Below are positions 60,601-64,000 of a DNA stretch of 64,000 nt, piece after piece. How positions within the stretch are numbered: the first letter of the stretch is position 1; each line of letters begins with the position of its first letter. Made by a program: the position numbers and the translations under genes. The notes beneath the pieces are model-generated. The model saw only the letters and a program-made list of their open reading frames with translations, had not been told where the DNA came from and searched no databases. Source of the stretch: Macrostomum lignano (Eukaryota); NCBI GenBank assembly GCA_002269645.1, contig NIVC01001700.1, positions 77,923 to 141,922 on the forward strand, written 5' to 3'.

Positions 60601-63359
60601 TTTAAGAGGACCTCCTTCTTGACAGGCCCTGCCCGCCGCAAGGCGCAGATTTGATCTTGATTCTGACTTCGATACAAGCTCTGATTTGAGTCTTTTATTT
60701 CCTTTCAGTCTGCCTATAAAAACTCACTCTGCTCTCTAATGCGATGGGGTTGTAGCTTATTTGTTAGAGCATCTGACTCACAACTTGAAGGTCGGGGGTT
60801 CGATTCCCGGTCTTACTCGAACAATTTGTGTCCTTGAGCAAGACACTTAACTCTGCATTGCTTCAGTTCACCCAGCTGTAAAATGGGTGCCTGCATTAGC
60901 TGGGGTAACTGAGGTGTGTGTGGCGACCCCCCAGTCCTTGGACTGAACAGCCGTACGCAGCCTTCAGATGCGCCGCTCAATAGCTGCGGCTGAGCTGTCG
61001 GTTGCACATCTGCCCATGGGGCAGGTGTGATCAATTATTATTATTATTATTATCCGTAATTCCAATCCTGATGCTGGGGTTTCTTAGAAGCAGTCCGCTC
61101 TCAAAAATGAGTTTGCGCTCCAGATTGTTCCACAAAATCAGTAATTTCTGCGTAGCGCAAATTTCCGAAAGCAGAATGCGTCACTTCACTCGGCCCGACG
61201 GCAACAGCCGGCCCTGTTGCACCCTTCGCATTCCGGATGCGTCACCCGTGTTTCTGCTTCTGCTGTTCCTGACTCATTTTTCCCCTGCGCTAAAACCCCT
61301 GCTGCTGCTACAGACTGATTTGCACTTTTCTTCCCTTTTGTGCACGGCTGCGGATTCCCTTGAAGCCCCCCCCCAAGTAGCCATGCGGGTGAGTCACAGC
61401 CTGAGCAGCAGAGTTCATTTCTTCCAACTGTCGCCCTGTAGCCTTTCTCTAAAGGGATTTCCCCGCTGTGAGTCATTCGGTAAACTGCGTGCCTGCCCGG
61501 CCTACTCAGCTGTTTGACTGAAGCGATTTTAATTTGCTAATTAGCCTACTAGTGAGTAGCTAGTATGGAGTCCTGACGGTGTCATGTCGTCAAACATGGT
61601 TGACATTGTGTATTTGTGCTTTATTATCTCACTATCTATCGAGTGAATGGCAAGTGTGGCTTCATTAACTGAGTACTGCAAGCCAAACAAAGCGCTTATC
61701 AGATGTAAATGTTTAATAATATACCGTATAATGTCATATAATAATAATTGATGATAATAATTGATTAGGCAGATGGGCAACCGACAGCTCAGCCGCAGCT
61801 ATTGCGCGGCGCATCTGAAGGCTGCGTACGGCTGTTCAGTCCAAGGACTGGGGGGTCGCCACACACAGCCTCAATTACCCCAGCTAATGCTGGCACCCAT
61901 TTTACAGCTGGGTGAACTGAAGCAATGCGGAGTTAAGTGCCTTGCTCAAGGACACAAGTTGTTTCGAGTGGGTCGAGAATCGAACCTCCGACCTTTCAGT
62001 CGTGAGTCCAATGCTCTAACCACTAGGCTACAACCCCTTCATTTTTAAATCTAAAATATCATATAGATTATAGATTAAAAAGGCCAATGGAAATTTGGGT
62101 GTTTAAATAATATTCAAATTCATAATCTTATCAACTTACGTAATAATTACTGTATTGACAACGCAGTCAAAATCATATTAATAAAGCCGATGAGTCACGC
62201 CATTTTTATGATTTCCAGACACAGGACATGTATGTAGGATATGAAATTAGCATAGAATCCTTATTTTATAAACTAGAAGGTCTATGAAAATCCACAGAAC
62301 TATGAGAAAGGCCAGACATATCAAAAGCTGGACATTGGGTCTGCCTCCCATCAATTGCAATAACAATTTTCGTGCTGAAAAAATGAAAACATTCTATCTC
62401 TCCGTAATGTATTTTTTGGTAAAACCAGCCCTTTAAAATTTTACAAAAAATCTTTGTTTCTCGTCAATTTATATTTATAACCGCAAGCATATTCATATTC
62501 ATTATAATTACTCGTATTCATATAATAATATTCATAATTATTCATTCGTAGGCTTGCGTGAGCGACAGCAACCTGGACTGGAGCCGGCTGGACAGAGACA
62601 GGCTCTGCACCTATCACGAGAAGGAGCTGCTAAACTTCAATACGGATTCTGGGGCAGCAGAGTTTGAAATTAAAAGCAAGCAGCTTCCAGCTAGCAAGGA
62701 ACCCGATAGAAAGTCGTCGACTGTGTCCGAGGCCGCCTATTCGATGGGACAGTCCATGGCGACCATGGATTCTGGTCGAGAAGGTCAGCCGAGGATGTCC
62801 GCTGCTGCCTGTCCAGACAGCCAATCAAAGGTGTCCGCTGCTGCCTGTCCAGACAGCCAATCAAAAGTGTCAGCTGCTGCCTGTCCAGACAGCCAGTCAA
62901 AAGTGTCAGCTGCTGCCTGTCCAGACAGCCAGTCGAGGGTGTCCGCTGCTGCCTGTCCAGACAGCCAATCAAAGGTGTCAGCTGCTGCCTGTCCAGACAG
63001 CCAATCAAAGGTGTCCGCTGCTGCCTGTCCAAACAGCCAGTCGAGGGTGTCCGCTGCTGCCTGTCCAGTCAGCCAGTCGAGGGTGTCCGCTGCTGCCTGT
63101 CCAGACAGCCAGTCGAGGGTGTCCGCTGCTGCCTGTCCAGACAGCCAGTCGAGGGTGTCCGCTGCTGCCTGTCCAGACAGCCAGTCGAGGGTGTCCGCTG
63201 CTGCCTGTCCAGACAGCCAGTCGAGGGTGTCCGCTGCTGCCTGTCCAGACAGCCAGTCGAGGGTGTCCGCTGCTGCCTGTCCAGACGATCAGCCAAGGGT
63301 GTCCACCGACTCAAATATGACGGTTGCCAACGAAGCCACTCGAAGGCGAAAAATTCGAG
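57633..63359 (+). CDS. CEP170-like FHA-domain protein, 5' part; exons 57633-57809, 57955-58044, 58123-58425, 62552-63359; continues downstream
   Basis: IGRGQSCDILVK|SHSVDPQHALL...IQDLGSVNG|TFVNESRIPE...LRFGYDSN matches the CEP170/CEP170B FHA pattern. Introns are GT-AG phase 0. The exon 3-4 join is inferred. Confidence 0.8.
58438..59390. repeat. Minisatellite, 20-bp unit GATCTGGTAGTGTTCTGATT switching to GATCTGGTAGGGTTCTGAGG at about 58970
   Basis: Direct reading; it begins about 12 nt after the exon 3 donor. Confidence 0.95.
60746..61053 (+). mobile_element. tRNA-derived SINE, family B, with (ATT)n tail
   Basis: tRNA-like head GGGGTTGTAGCTTA...GGTTCGATTCCC, central GTGTCCTTGAGCAAG(A/G)CACTTAAC...TTCACCCAGCTGTAAA and an ATT tail. 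Confidence 0.88.
61741..62037 (-). mobile_element. tRNA-derived SINE, family B, inverted copy
   Basis: The reverse complement matches 60746-61053 along most of its length. Confidence 0.88.
62795..63305 (+). repeat. Coding 36-bp repeat (VSAAACPDSQS[R/K]) x ~14 in exon 4 of the CEP170-like gene
   Basis: The period is a multiple of 3 and the reading frame is open from the acceptor at 62552 to the donor at 63359. Confidence 0.85.
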
Positions 63360-64000
63360 GTTAATTTTCTGCGATTTCATAAAATTTTCTCTGCCCGGTG
63401 TAGTTAATTAAGATTGCGCATATTTTAGTATTTTGGCCTCACCCGCCCCCGCCTACATCAGCCCTGACGAACAGGATGATAATGGTGATTGCAGTGATTA
63501 GCCAGCGGCTTACCGAACCACCGTACAAATGACAGCTCTTGTCGCCTCAAATTGCCTGAGCAGCTCGCACCGAGCCTTCAGGACAAGAAAAAGCTAATTT
63601 AGGCGGCGGGTTATTTTCTTCGGGGGAAAATTAGATGAGGCGAGTTAAAGATGCTACGCGTTGGGAGATGCGAAGGGATGCCGTGCAAGTCACCTGCCTA
63701 TTTGCCTGTCATTATCAACTCTTATAGCCCTTGACGCGGCTGACTGCAAGCAGCCTTCTTCTTCTAGGAGAGAGTTTCAGTCTTGGCTCCTGTTATTACG
63801 GATTGCCTCTTCAGGTGGGACAGAGCTCAGAAGAGCTAATTACATGTCTGGCCTTAAACTATCTCTCTAGCAAGCCGTGCCTCTATTTCAGGCACATGTT
63901 GACTCTGAGGCACTCAGTATTGAATTCTCGGTTGAGGCCCCCATGTCTCAAGTCAAGGTTTAGGTGCCGGGGTTCGATTCTGTGCGCATTAGTTGGCCTG

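Overview
Eukaryotic (invertebrate metazoan) genomic DNA, not prokaryotic. GC-rich spliced genes sit in AT-rich spacers crowded with minisatellites, SINEs and DNA/LTR transposon remnants. This style resembles the flatworm Macrostomum lignano, which is an inference I cannot confirm. Genes reconstructed by hand from splice signals: PET100, an intronless Dop1R2/DAMB-type dopamine receptor, a 5-exon Dpr-like two-Ig protein with a GPI-type tail, a divergent tetraspanin, an orphan 4-TM protein, a CTDSP/SCP phosphatase, a Methuselah/adhesion-type 7TM, ChaC and a CEP170-like FHA protein. The most striking gene (42974-44489) encodes a secreted protein with the Cys-rich N-domain plus lipocalin architecture of plant/algal violaxanthin de-epoxidase (VDE/VDL/VDR) proteins. 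Mobile elements: a 3'-truncated Ty3/Gypsy copy with intact LTR and tRNA-Ser PBS, a Tc1/mariner-like element carrying an AP-1/CArG/TATA promoter cassette, two MITEs with perfect 8-bp TSDs, two SINE families, a decayed LINE, and a CCA-tailed tRNA-Lys pseudogene framed by inverted repeats. Most long ORFs in the supplied track are translations of tandem repeats and are rejected. There is no CRISPR array.
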